From an uncultured virus (IMG/VR IMGVR_UViG_3300042480_000533) (Duplodnaviria; Heunggongvirae; Uroviricota; Caudoviricetes), in IMG/VR virus record IMGVR_UViG_3300042480_000533: 64,000 nucleotides of DNA. The stretch is one strand, 5' to 3'. The notes under the pieces were generated by a model that saw only the letters and a list, made by a program, of their open reading frames with translations, was not told the origin of the DNA and did no database searches. A program made the translations under genes and the position numbers. Below, piece by piece: positions 59,101-63,971 of the stretch (the stretch's first letter is position 1; each line of letters starts with the position of its first letter).

Positions 59101-59295
59101 AGCATGTTCCCAGGGGGTCTTAAGAACCCCAAGAGAACCGTGTCCGAAGAACCACGGCAAATTAAGATGACCGATATCCCCAAGGTAAGGCCACCATCGG
59201 GTGAACCACAGCCAAAGGTAACTACGCCAACAACAAGATCACCGAGTATCCAAGAGCAAGCAACCACGCCACTGAAGGCTCCGTCTGGTCTGTAG
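47119..59295 (+). CDS. Giant internal virion protein (4058 aa): DEDDy exonuclease + putative virion RNA polymerase + degenerate zincin + gp16-like C-terminus
   Basis: YDIETD, FAGNHFD and YAEND exo motifs (aa ~598-808); FYTPLAQKGRW, DYSYHG (D1330), KGIITPAMY (K1441-Y1449) and GIWD (D1731) RNAP-like motifs; EELVH...EFLAH (aa ~2677); FFKSYP near the C-terminus. Confidence 0.7.
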   Translation: MACTIEQKKAIYEQLLRNGYAKEDADAVITLITERDSDPTFSNKIDDLVTDFLTDEDKAFLRETVDELTSNISKVIEGGFVYTFKDLISRMLPAEKADRLATLLSKIRIAEGDVNLFSLSQIENIDQLITMNRNLGREEVLPGLYEKRNKIQEKLDRERVYDGVKDGEKKQKRDSALNKLNQLKQILTYIEYTINVATPKDVRAKLRSYAMIKANIKNLENTIKASKKLLNRFKEGVKGTKERKAEIKELEKQLTEARASEKALLQELIDEKVVELGGKDSIKIRSVALARDQVTAAIEKEAAKLESLDSAEISELTVASATTLANQLAQERLAAKNIKNTVERMNNLVDFFEAESVKNGGAENEIDHLLMHNMVGKPIVEYYLRRREKREADDKEAKPIDRTLFTKEQAKEIIKEWERIAWRGVESGTFADNVTTVMDSELNLLEAIITQNGVANPLETDINNLVVKQDRTGSEALLNTNIGVIPDENKASTARQLSSWLEYTIRGLYSLRASPYYNGTISSKAVDMVLHPRLYDLSINSDDLGLVSKRKRKLGEAGKTLYVSKLQDTLKDLGIANPETLPEFQPDFDNRMDAVSYDIETDLTDKTTGNPSKILSMQVRVQDKSNAKEPVTFIFSNTDDSGIPTNSKDLPTGTRKPLNKQQIEYVLNFLEGYQNNGFKLVTFAGNHFDLGKLVNFVDNKNLVSRVALRSYDLQRNLGFDNTEREKGGAYYTSNPKNANLKSLAQNNLPPIREISPDGRYVITNGAVLRMSDDKKTETEVTGAEAEANFNLANADGDWALFDLYAENDVVITLGLFNHFMGSQKTIVTVKDKRDSSKDYTIVTSRPRSNMMLPINSSNIHSTTLGEIMAPFGNTSSNLKNFVLNVEYTEELDINLDKLISLVEGWYMQALAMDPESKDRVNELQKALTEAVNVDTIVQQTGRNIARRMADAVKKSAKENFDTFGYVLSLRLRGDGTIAMDVAETKPGVFEINEAEMYNGGSKDEYIETIAISFVDALSTSRQLDTVFTEFAESFGIPPVGETESPQRYVRENLVQVLKNYISIDSLSDFGDGTIDWHPATDVGRALAHVFTDRKEGMSLVDTQSLMNTEKLSKRNFISKEATNRGVPRYFLLDGANFASPWGITEEALIYDNFRLLTRVKDIMERDLTDKEIDEIMKWAETAEDTDPNVSLSVFRRGSVPGVFPKVTSRGPYDFLPDLSERELLGQEFLFDIPRAMMFINHDAFYTPLAQKGRWLTKGSVYYAEDFFTAGAPTAKMILSGAVDHTAWLVSFDMLDPNNKHLRKLLQKALSDGYDAIVADPTVQDMGNKSDYSYHGVHVQLMLALAYQKQNLSVFNDFIAQFLNSVDTANEPNVRRNLQEFKEKNDPREKLNDYLITLLEQAKKDGESFKAAFKISEEELVTFVQLGEFLGIDRPERKEFLKGIITPAMYDAGFDGIFEGILDKIDKEGMDLGLNHASIAAKIVLREAMKQNATYVEKAIGIMSKAKDGQFTKDMVIKAIMDMSSELDNEKIKESFDKNKFGEKDTKTRLDAAEKYLNAFVNMLAQKGTSVAGLNDKQRDDAINASKEKLRKVYQERINKAAAIMAKHDMSNPGIRSDPKIQDEINIALMGDKKAYETHLMLFTLAKRAATPFKMFTDAETVAMHSALAGQYIDESDIMPFVGKTLFHAMGSELASGRHHMFGSYDFGPQGPKEAQIRVLHGKEKNKYGIWDINEVYESKEREQAYRKAYAMQIMLDLVPNYYHPGYDPDKESMENYFDAMKKRSNLERLAQVNAIRTLEQANSVSPNDPEYENIQETAKKLRKSGFEERLTWVRNSYGRDNKNPVVLDPTVSGLAALRPRYANMDYTQRGMYALIEVMKSREIRQNEMFQKKKLLTAAPQDGDPNSIIPSRFRGFEKTTDKKNLPYIPHQTGNMVTSLVMSPNRETELEAIKLRNSLTYFATQNGLESLLENKEWTRLWMIREWRRQGLEKSVNVMKDQINNGILDMFPSRIAMYESVFKLMGTNARAYSPGQTYSVLDLMAKPEEIRFTTKEMDELRKNFPDGLRYMDLLRHLSTRFDRLEGLKPEFPLVLEPGLIVRGEQGLIKGTPTYKALSVFNIETNNNTVMMLMMSDLFEKEAQEVYRSDPDFDKFPRDSAGNLVLSMLPADKLKSEEILDRVLKKAPQLAAELGTQKGVYFVLHKEHLDGMGKIAKELVTPGQSLLDIKTKLTNMVHVFSQVNNPDTLWYFTPDMVIQFLNSLRNNPVISAAELSWQTHKTVGFANTETDILVLEQQKQLMDNVGRSVDLTHQALVLLHTVDPSSNENALLYRNNYRRKDAFGKPSATLDATMYLGKTFDMEVTVGGKSRMMKNVPLETAVYATDILAAMSKARKLGMDKEADELGEFLLAEMQNSSVKIETNKALRINNTQHIVIKAAVLKSRLEGIKSNRVEGVKDTIMSTLQTEITQEAANKVYKAATRVSRLLQKIADAVPGENQQMTYVAHALLSKMENTEDGIEDNTEIQNKILDAVGVDKTDKERSKAVRAIINARQDLTTVPEDRPFTHLPWDARKDVAKFADRDEFINAFGDAGRGIVAQLDGMVAMKLMSRRVADMKMILIGSLASINPNILSDLALEAMEFDGHTYAKMAKLKGKYTIGLNIKAMETTPENEMLLKFAEELVHLARVKYMAEGSNEYRKIQAIFRTPNSEEMIREMLFAMNRDKPYAAIEADVRYAMEHTDEFLAHWGAVVLLAETVYSEETMSALEAKYTPVEMLNTWYKKAFFRIKSIAVRSLKMVSQIAVDPKYAANFNEMYNVMQGIIGQGMATRVDAGNPDTAFNAVKSIRPNSTEVTPSMVTDLQRLSIELRNLNNNIAKKIPLSPTEKMRLIEIEDITNNKEMNPHGILDMTEFDVIREMENVNRAEDGAIVRLETQPLTERAVLQRGLTNHLAARGSRIDQNETFGGLFRNIASSLGLDDFVSLTIQNKLLASINDSQLTYNSPEGILVLISEMIDNTTVTTESSYRPSSIGGGFEFNKEGLKGYVGDIWNVATGIDSKYKSTVKKEEVSNNTALILNSLPTTTTDLEIRRDAERLAEKIKLFNGQLRSLLVKSRIKDRGDNLDPIGLKTRRSTKLNREDKDRGRKAVVNAMRTKYTNNLTTNGVDAVVNPFMLFMSGNMLDPSMDTIGVSSSEFATDLRKFTDNPNDTADNAREAMAKQIVNDALSIKLGREKNYNASTTLDDVKNSARINPGYLNEDVIEATRRFIIRTRENTQRFSTAFKHLSKPEIELIVKSVIETVSQTRPDSLTAEKIRQILDNRESFGYYQGLSPYIPESHVTATPMDILTDQFLGKLGATAYLFSEGGPDLTYKDIFLDPVKPSESGILQVMFEKDLSNIQQSLMRGQGYDAIQRIVVQKTMGIEGAYFSISQLIDMFKRQISMESSAEAKRMGVRNFDNRGDDETRATIIMRGLERLDAANQKAKETLGTRLEGKPLIDFLNKYGPMATTLTYGPNAALATSLVEGTMSTVNELMRGHNPFTFLIEAIRMNVETSVGTASRVVSRRDGRFSWFNVDPYVLSKVAENALWMFEETTSPMIPGQLVSNALSTAEIEDMSRWDRFLAFSRRSYSDPMRSLRVAAENQANRGIYQRLHDGSLLRLRDSVNKILRDNPSPSNQVYREVARDAGVRMDVELMAIYVRSGIFEPGVIETLNYARSSAPPETGKILFSVMADLEAALPPGGVIYDGVVITPERMLAARTTLASLSRQYAGLSIVMDHPLDGTAAASATSVVITFFKSYPALFMAQHVMRQGTITPMLRHGARLLLHGMLDMIYNILLALSSGWYKWEKLMDHLEKGTISKAEATKLFLRHPVFSMNILGIVTQSLSKLALPSGRDNSMISSVGEVALAQQVSNIFKAAESWYYYAYDKVPAESAAASTYSALRGALSFIPGNTMVRLTLQQAFGQAGTTGTAGTASAKTMRYIDRLTDERPVLEAVRSMFPGGLKNPKRTVSEEPRQIKMTDIPKVRPPSGEPQPKVTTPTTRSPSIQEQATTPLKAPSGL

Positions 59296-59325
59296 AAAAT
59301 CGGCTTAGGGGTCGAGAATTTTTGT

Positions 59326-59361
59326 GGGGGTAATAGTAGCTTATGGTAAGCTATTTCCCCC
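59326..59361. other. Imperfect inverted repeat at the late/early boundary
   Basis: GGGGG-TAATAG-TAGCTTA-TGG-TAAGCTA-TTT-CCCCC. Confidence 0.6.
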
Positions 59362-59417
59362 CCTCACCCCCAAGGTGTACCTGTGCACCAACGCCCCACA
59401 GGAAGAAAGGACATGGA

Positions 59418-59579
59418 ATGTTCTACTACAAGGTAATGAATGAGTTCGGTATGTTCGTGGATTCGGAGTCTTTCGAGACCGCCGAGGCCAGAGACAAGGC
59501 GTTGGCCTTGAAGAACTTCGACTCGTACTACATTATCTGGGTTGGCCAGGAGGGCCAGCCCGCCAAGCAAATTCAGTAA
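59418..59579 (+). CDS. Small early protein (53 aa)
   Basis: AAAGGA SD, C/G-ending codons. Confidence 0.65.
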   Translation: MFYYKVMNEFGMFVDSESFETAEARDKALALKNFDSYYIIWVGQEGQPAKQIQ

Positions 59580-59591
59580 AGCCCTACTGTC

Positions 59592-59622
59592 GCCCCTCTA
59601 GGAGCAATCCTAGGGGGGCTTT
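59592..59622 (+). terminator. Probable intrinsic terminator
   Basis: GCCCCTCTAGGA-GCAA-TCCTAGGGGGGC followed by TTT. Confidence 0.65.
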
Positions 59623-59686
59623 CAGTTGCGCTTTGCAACAAGGTGTACCTGTGCACCAACGCCACACAGGAAGAAAGAAAGACAAC

Positions 59687-59905
59687 ATGCTTAGAGATTT
59701 CAATAACAAAACCGCACCAACGCCGTCTGGTCTGGACCCGTTCGACTACTACTGGGGCGGGCGCACGGACGCCAACCTGGAGACGGGAGAGTGGAAGGAG
59801 ATCTGGCACAGCTCCTTCCGAAACCCATCGAAGGATCACGACATTGTGATTACCTTCGGTGCAGACGGCAAAATCATTTGTAAAGAAAGGCGCGACGGAT
59901 TCTGA
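59687..59905 (+). CDS. Small early protein (72 aa)
   Basis: ATG follows repeat copy 2 and a purine-rich leader. Confidence 0.6.
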   Translation: MLRDFNNKTAPTPSGLDPFDYYWGGRTDANLETGEWKEIWHSSFRNPSKDHDIVITFGADGKIICKERRDGF

Positions 59906-60035
59906 TCTGACCGACAACAAACCCTCCATGCTCTTTCAAGGGAGAGCATGGGGATGTTTGCTGTTGCAAACAACCCTGGCTTGTGGGGATCACAAGCAAT
60001 CAAGTCTTGGCAATGCCAAGAGAAAGGTAGATTCC

Positions 60036-61835
60036 ATGAATATCATGGATCTCATGGGCGAAAGCCTTAAGGTGGTATTCGGTGGGCGTTCGATGTCCTT
60101 CGCTACTGCGGCGATGAACGCGATGAAGATCGCGTCAGCCGTGGAAACGGAGGCAAACGAGCCACCGAACAAGACCTGGGAGCGCAGCAAGATGCTGCTC
60201 CAGGAACTGATCTCGGCGGGGGTGCTTCACACCACTCAGATCAGTAACCCCACCACGGGGTTGGCACAGACCTACTGTGCCTTCACGGAAGGCTTCGCAC
60301 TTCGGGAGTTCCGCAGAGAGCCGTGCCTCAAGGAAGAGGATCTCCTTACCACCTTTCGGACGGCGGGTGTTCTCAGCTACCTCGGTAGCTGTGGGATCCG
60401 CATCAACCCCGAGGTTGTGGCGTTCATCCGCCGCAACAAGGATCGGTACGAGAAGACCGATTCCATGGGACGGAGGGTCACACCCCCGTCCCTGTTCCTC
60501 AAGGACGCACAGTCCTTGGAGAACGAGGAGGATGACCGCCCGATCTACATGGACTACAAGAGTCCTGACGGTCGGCGCTTCTATGCACTTCACAATCGGT
60601 TTACCCACCAAGGTGCCGAATGGATGCGTGGCTCTGTGGATGCGGCTGAGGAGAAGCCGATCAAGCCCGAGGACATTGACGATGCGTTCAACATCGTCAG
60701 TGAAGAGACTGGCGTGACCCGTACCAACTGGCGCGCCATCCTCAAGGACGAGTCCCTGTGCTTCACGGGCAAGCACTTGGGCCTCAAGACCAGCAAGCCC
60801 GCAGCGGTGTACCGTGCTGCTCTCTTCTTCAAAGAAATCCTGGAGAAGGGACGGTCTGCGTACATCATCCAGCAGGACCAGACTTGCTCAGGGTTCCAGA
60901 TCATCGCCATGCTGCTGGCATGTCGAAACCTGATGACCTTGACGAACCTGAACGGAGGCACGAAGCAGGACTTCTACACTGCTTCGTCGGATCTGGCAAG
61001 GGGCATGTATTCGGGTGAGTTCTTCCCCGAGTGCTTGTTCATCCGCAGCGGTGCCAAGTACTTTGTGCTTCGTATCGGCTACGGTGCGGCCACATCCTCG
61101 CTGGCACGGGGTCTCATCCTTACTAACCCGCAGGAGAGTCCCGTCCAGTACCTGAGCGAGGAGGGCGCATTCATTCCTGGAGTCCTCGACAAGCTCCCGA
61201 TCCAGGACCTCAACGAGGACTACTACGAGATGTGGAAGTCCCTTGGGTGGAAGCGAGCGGTGGAGGTCAGTCAGCAGACCTCCAAGGCATACTACAATGC
61301 CATCATGCAGATCAGCCCCAAGCTGAGGTGGTTCCTGTCCAGTATGAAGCTGGCGAACAAGGTCGCTCTTGACCGTGGCGAGTTCTTGTCGTGGGAGCCA
61401 ATCCTAGGTGAGGTCAAGAAGAATGTCCGCTACACGGCGGACTGGAAGGCCAAGCCCCGCAAGGTGCAGTTCTTCGACAAGAACGGGAAGGAGTTCTATG
61501 TGAACATCCATCCCTTCATGAAGGATGCGGCGGCAAGCGCGGCTCCTCCGTGCTATGTCCACAGCTTTGATGGTGCAACCATCATGCTGGTGGTGGAGAT
61601 GTGCAGGGAAATCGGTATCCCCATATACCCGATCCACGACTCCACCGGTACCACAGTGGACAACTTCAAGAAGGTGAAGCAGATGTGGCTGGATGCCACG
61701 CGGCACATCTTCTGCTACGGTCCCTCTCCGTTCTGGGATGTTGTCAAGCGGTACAACCTCCCAGTTCCTGCATCTCTCTTTCCCAATGGGCAACCAGACC
61801 CCATCGATGTCTGGGGCGAGCACTTTATGGGTTGA
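60036..61835 (+). CDS. Second, compact T7-type single-subunit RNA polymerase (RNAP-2, ~599 aa)
   Basis: DYKSPDGRRFY, FTHQG, motif A DQTCSGFQ, motif B RSGAKYFVLRIGYG, PCYVHSFDG, motif C IHDS. ATG 60036 follows GAAAGG; the track ORF is open from 59859. Confidence 0.92.
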   Translation: MNIMDLMGESLKVVFGGRSMSFATAAMNAMKIASAVETEANEPPNKTWERSKMLLQELISAGVLHTTQISNPTTGLAQTYCAFTEGFALREFRREPCLKEEDLLTTFRTAGVLSYLGSCGIRINPEVVAFIRRNKDRYEKTDSMGRRVTPPSLFLKDAQSLENEEDDRPIYMDYKSPDGRRFYALHNRFTHQGAEWMRGSVDAAEEKPIKPEDIDDAFNIVSEETGVTRTNWRAILKDESLCFTGKHLGLKTSKPAAVYRAALFFKEILEKGRSAYIIQQDQTCSGFQIIAMLLACRNLMTLTNLNGGTKQDFYTASSDLARGMYSGEFFPECLFIRSGAKYFVLRIGYGAATSSLARGLILTNPQESPVQYLSEEGAFIPGVLDKLPIQDLNEDYYEMWKSLGWKRAVEVSQQTSKAYYNAIMQISPKLRWFLSSMKLANKVALDRGEFLSWEPILGEVKKNVRYTADWKAKPRKVQFFDKNGKEFYVNIHPFMKDAAASAAPPCYVHSFDGATIMLVVEMCREIGIPIYPIHDSTGTTVDNFKKVKQMWLDATRHIFCYGPSPFWDVVKRYNLPVPASLFPNGQPDPIDVWGEHFMG

Positions 61836-61861
61836 TTGAATCAACCAGAAGGGACAGAACA

Positions 61862-62350
61862 ATGAAGGTTATCGTTAAGTCTATCGGTAAGGGTGTCAAA
61901 GACCTCAACGCTGAGGTCGGGCACATCCCAGGTACCCAGTCGGGTACCACCCAGGTCTTCGTCCGCGAAGGTGACAAGATCAGGGTTCTCATCGACCTCG
62001 CTAACAAGAGCACCAAGTCTGCCTTCTGGCAGAAGAAGTTGGTGCAGAACGAGAACGGGTTGTTCGTTCTCCTCAGCAACGAGACCCCCGCTCAGGTCTT
62101 TGGCCATGAGCTGGTCATGGAGAAGAAGGACACCCAGTACCGTCTGGGTGTCAAGGTGACCGACAAGGAGGGCACCAAGCTCGGTGTCTTCTACGGTCCC
62201 ATCGCCAACAGCCCCGAAGAGGCCAAGACTCTGTTCTGGTCCACATGGAACATGAAGGAACTCAATCCCTTTGTTCCCGAGGATCGCAAGACGGTGCATC
62301 TCCGCCTCACCGTAATGGGGTACCGCACTCAGGAGGTGGCCTCCTTCTGA
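61862..62350 (+). CDS. Hypothetical beta-rich protein co-transcribed with RNAP-2 (162 aa)
   Basis: GAAGGG SD; same strong C/G-ending codon bias as RNAP-2. Confidence 0.75.
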   Translation: MKVIVKSIGKGVKDLNAEVGHIPGTQSGTTQVFVREGDKIRVLIDLANKSTKSAFWQKKLVQNENGLFVLLSNETPAQVFGHELVMEKKDTQYRLGVKVTDKEGTKLGVFYGPIANSPEEAKTLFWSTWNMKELNPFVPEDRKTVHLRLTVMGYRTQEVASF

Positions 62351-62370
62351 CAGAATAGATAGAGCAGCAT

Positions 62371-62824
62371 AACCCCTTCGGGGTTTCTTGTGCCCCCTTT
62401 GGGGTACATCTGCCCCCTTCGGGGCCTTGGCTATAGGCCCTTCGGGAGTCATTCGACCCTTCGGGACCTTGGCTGACCCTTCGGTGTGTGTGCCTGTGGG
62501 GGTCACTATCATCATTGGGTAGTCCCCTATGGGATATTTGCATTATTGCGTATACGCCCCTAGGGGGCTTTAGGCCCTTCGGGACCCCTACGGGTACCCT
62601 TCGGGCGTTAGAACGCCCTATAGGCGATCCTAGGGGCATTAGAATGGATGTGGTAATCTCTTTGGGGAAGTGTTTCCCTTGGGGGTTACCTGTTTTTCCC
62701 CTTGGGACTGCCATAACATGTCATGTGACTGCCATTTCATGCCATATTGGCACACCCACGCCCCAACGCACGCGAGATCCCAACACCAACGCGCCTTCGG
62801 CGTGCGGGCAACTCTAAGTTGCCC
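62371..62824. repeat. Array of CCC-TNN-GGG mini-hairpins (8 copies of CCTTCGG)
   Basis: CCTTCGG at ~62375, 62416, 62439, 62458, 62478, 62576, 62598 and 62794, plus TTT, TAT, TAG, TAC and TTG loop variants. Confidence 0.9.
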
Positions 62825-62900
62825 TTGGTGAGAAAATGTCAGGGTGATTGTCCACAGCGCGTATACTGTGACAATGACCCCCATTGCAAAAGGACAGAGA

Positions 62901-63161
62901 ATGGCAGATATCAATGAAGCAGCCGCAAAGTTGGCGGCATTCGGAGTGACCGTGACCACCCAGCCCGTGAAGCGGGAGACGCGGGTGGTCGATCCCCTGA
63001 ACAGGGCCATCGGTCTCTTGGCTGCGGCCAAGAACCCCAACCTCTCGGAAGAGAGCCGAGCAGCCGCCATGGCCCGCCTTGGCACTTTGCTCGACAGCCA
63101 GCCTGGGCTGGCATCCAGCGTGTCGGCTGTGGCTGAGAAGCAAGCCAACAACGGTCGATGA
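62901..63161 (+). CDS. Hypothetical early protein (86 aa)
   Basis: AAAGGA SD, GC-rich codons. Confidence 0.7.
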   Translation: MADINEAAAKLAAFGVTVTTQPVKRETRVVDPLNRAIGLLAAAKNPNLSEESRAAAMARLGTLLDSQPGLASSVSAVAEKQANNGR

Positions 63162-63166
63162 AGCAG

Positions 63167-63416
63167 GACCTGAGCATGTCATAAAACTGCTCAACTTTAC
63201 TAGGACGGGTTAAGCCTAGTGCGTTCACATGGTAACATGTGGGGTCCCGATTGCTACAACCGTGGCAACTGTAGACTTGAAACACCTACAGCAAATATTG
63301 CCAGTTTCAACGGTAATGGGCTAACAAACATGGGATACTTAAACCCACATTCCATGTTTGGCAGGGTTATATAGGGTTACATGGGGCCATCTAGTGGAAA
63401 CGCTAGGTGGTCTTTT
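63167..63416 (+). ncRNA. Putative structured non-coding RNA region 1
   Basis: Consecutive hairpins and pseudoknots, no credible ORF, ends in a terminator. Confidence 0.5.
63385..63416 (+). terminator. Intrinsic terminator
   Basis: GGCCATCTAGTG-GAAA-CGCTAGGTGGTC followed by TTTT. Confidence 0.75.
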
Positions 63417-63428
63417 ACAGGAGGTGTC

Positions 63429-63548
63429 ATGAACGACGAAGTCAAAAAGCTGTTGGATCAGCGAGAGATCTTGATCGACCAGATCAACATCCTACAAGCC
63501 GAGCTGTTAAAGCACGGTATCCCACTCCCGCCTGTACCAGAGGTTTAG
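63429..63548 (+). CDS. Small coiled-coil protein (39 aa)
   Basis: AGGAGG SD; MNDEVKKLLDQREILIDQINILQAELLKHG... Confidence 0.6.
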   Translation: MNDEVKKLLDQREILIDQINILQAELLKHGIPLPPVPEV

Positions 63549-63557
63549 TTCTCTGAC

Positions 63558-63971
63558 GGGCATTCTCCCCGCAAGGGGAAAGCCCACATAGGGCACCGCA
63601 AGCAACCTAGCCTATAGGCGGTTTATAAATAGTAGGACACCCTTTTGTTGTGGGTTTGGGAATAATCACCCCAAGCCAACCGAGCCTGAATATGCTCTGG
63701 TTATCAAAACTATTCTGGACTAAACGCAGCCATTGTCTGCAAAGACATAGTTTGGGCTGTATAGAACTTTGTTGTGGATAAGCCCCAACAAATACGCCGT
63801 CAAATTAGCGGTACACTCTAAGCCTGCACTAGAGGGTGATACTTCTCCTAGGTTGCAGCAGGAGCGGATATGGTTGCTGGCAAACCATATCTTGTTGAAA
63901 GGAGGCCACCGTGTTACTCCGAGCGGGCAATTCGGAGTTCCTTATAAGATGTACTCTGGTGTACAGAGTGC
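63558..63971 (+). ncRNA. Putative structured non-coding RNA region 2
   Basis: About ten back-to-back stem-loops, a pseudoknot and a possible kissing-loop pair. Confidence 0.45.

Larger units (their letters stand above)
59371..59677 (+). repeat. 39-bp direct repeat (59371-59409 and 59639-59677, 1 mismatch) upstream of two early genes
   Basis: CAAGGTGTACCTGTGCACCAACGCC(C/A)CACAGGAAGAAAG. Confidence 0.95.

Noticed and set aside
59371..59677. Mini-CRISPR or att sites for the 39-bp repeat
   Set aside because: There are only two copies, 268 bp apart, each leading into a gene; no integrase or cas gene is present.
59859..60035. N-terminal extension of RNAP-2 from the track start
   Set aside because: It overlaps the previous gene and several hairpins; ATG 60036 has a proper SD and marks the start of the codon bias.
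61601..61861. 249-aa version of the ORF ending at 62350
   Set aside because: The 5' part overlaps RNAP-2 out of frame; the likely start is ATG 61862.
62365..62390. T7 T-phi terminator or vector contamination (GCATAACCCCTT match)
   Set aside because: Only about a dozen bases match and the rest of T-phi is absent. It may be a native terminator but is not vector sequence.
62371..62824. CRISPR array
   Set aside because: The repeat core is only 7-9 bp with short irregular spacers, and no cas genes are present.
271..63285. All minus-strand ORFs in the track
   Set aside because: They overlap well-supported + strand genes or the hairpin array and show no recognisable motifs; they are antisense shadows, especially in GC-rich parts.
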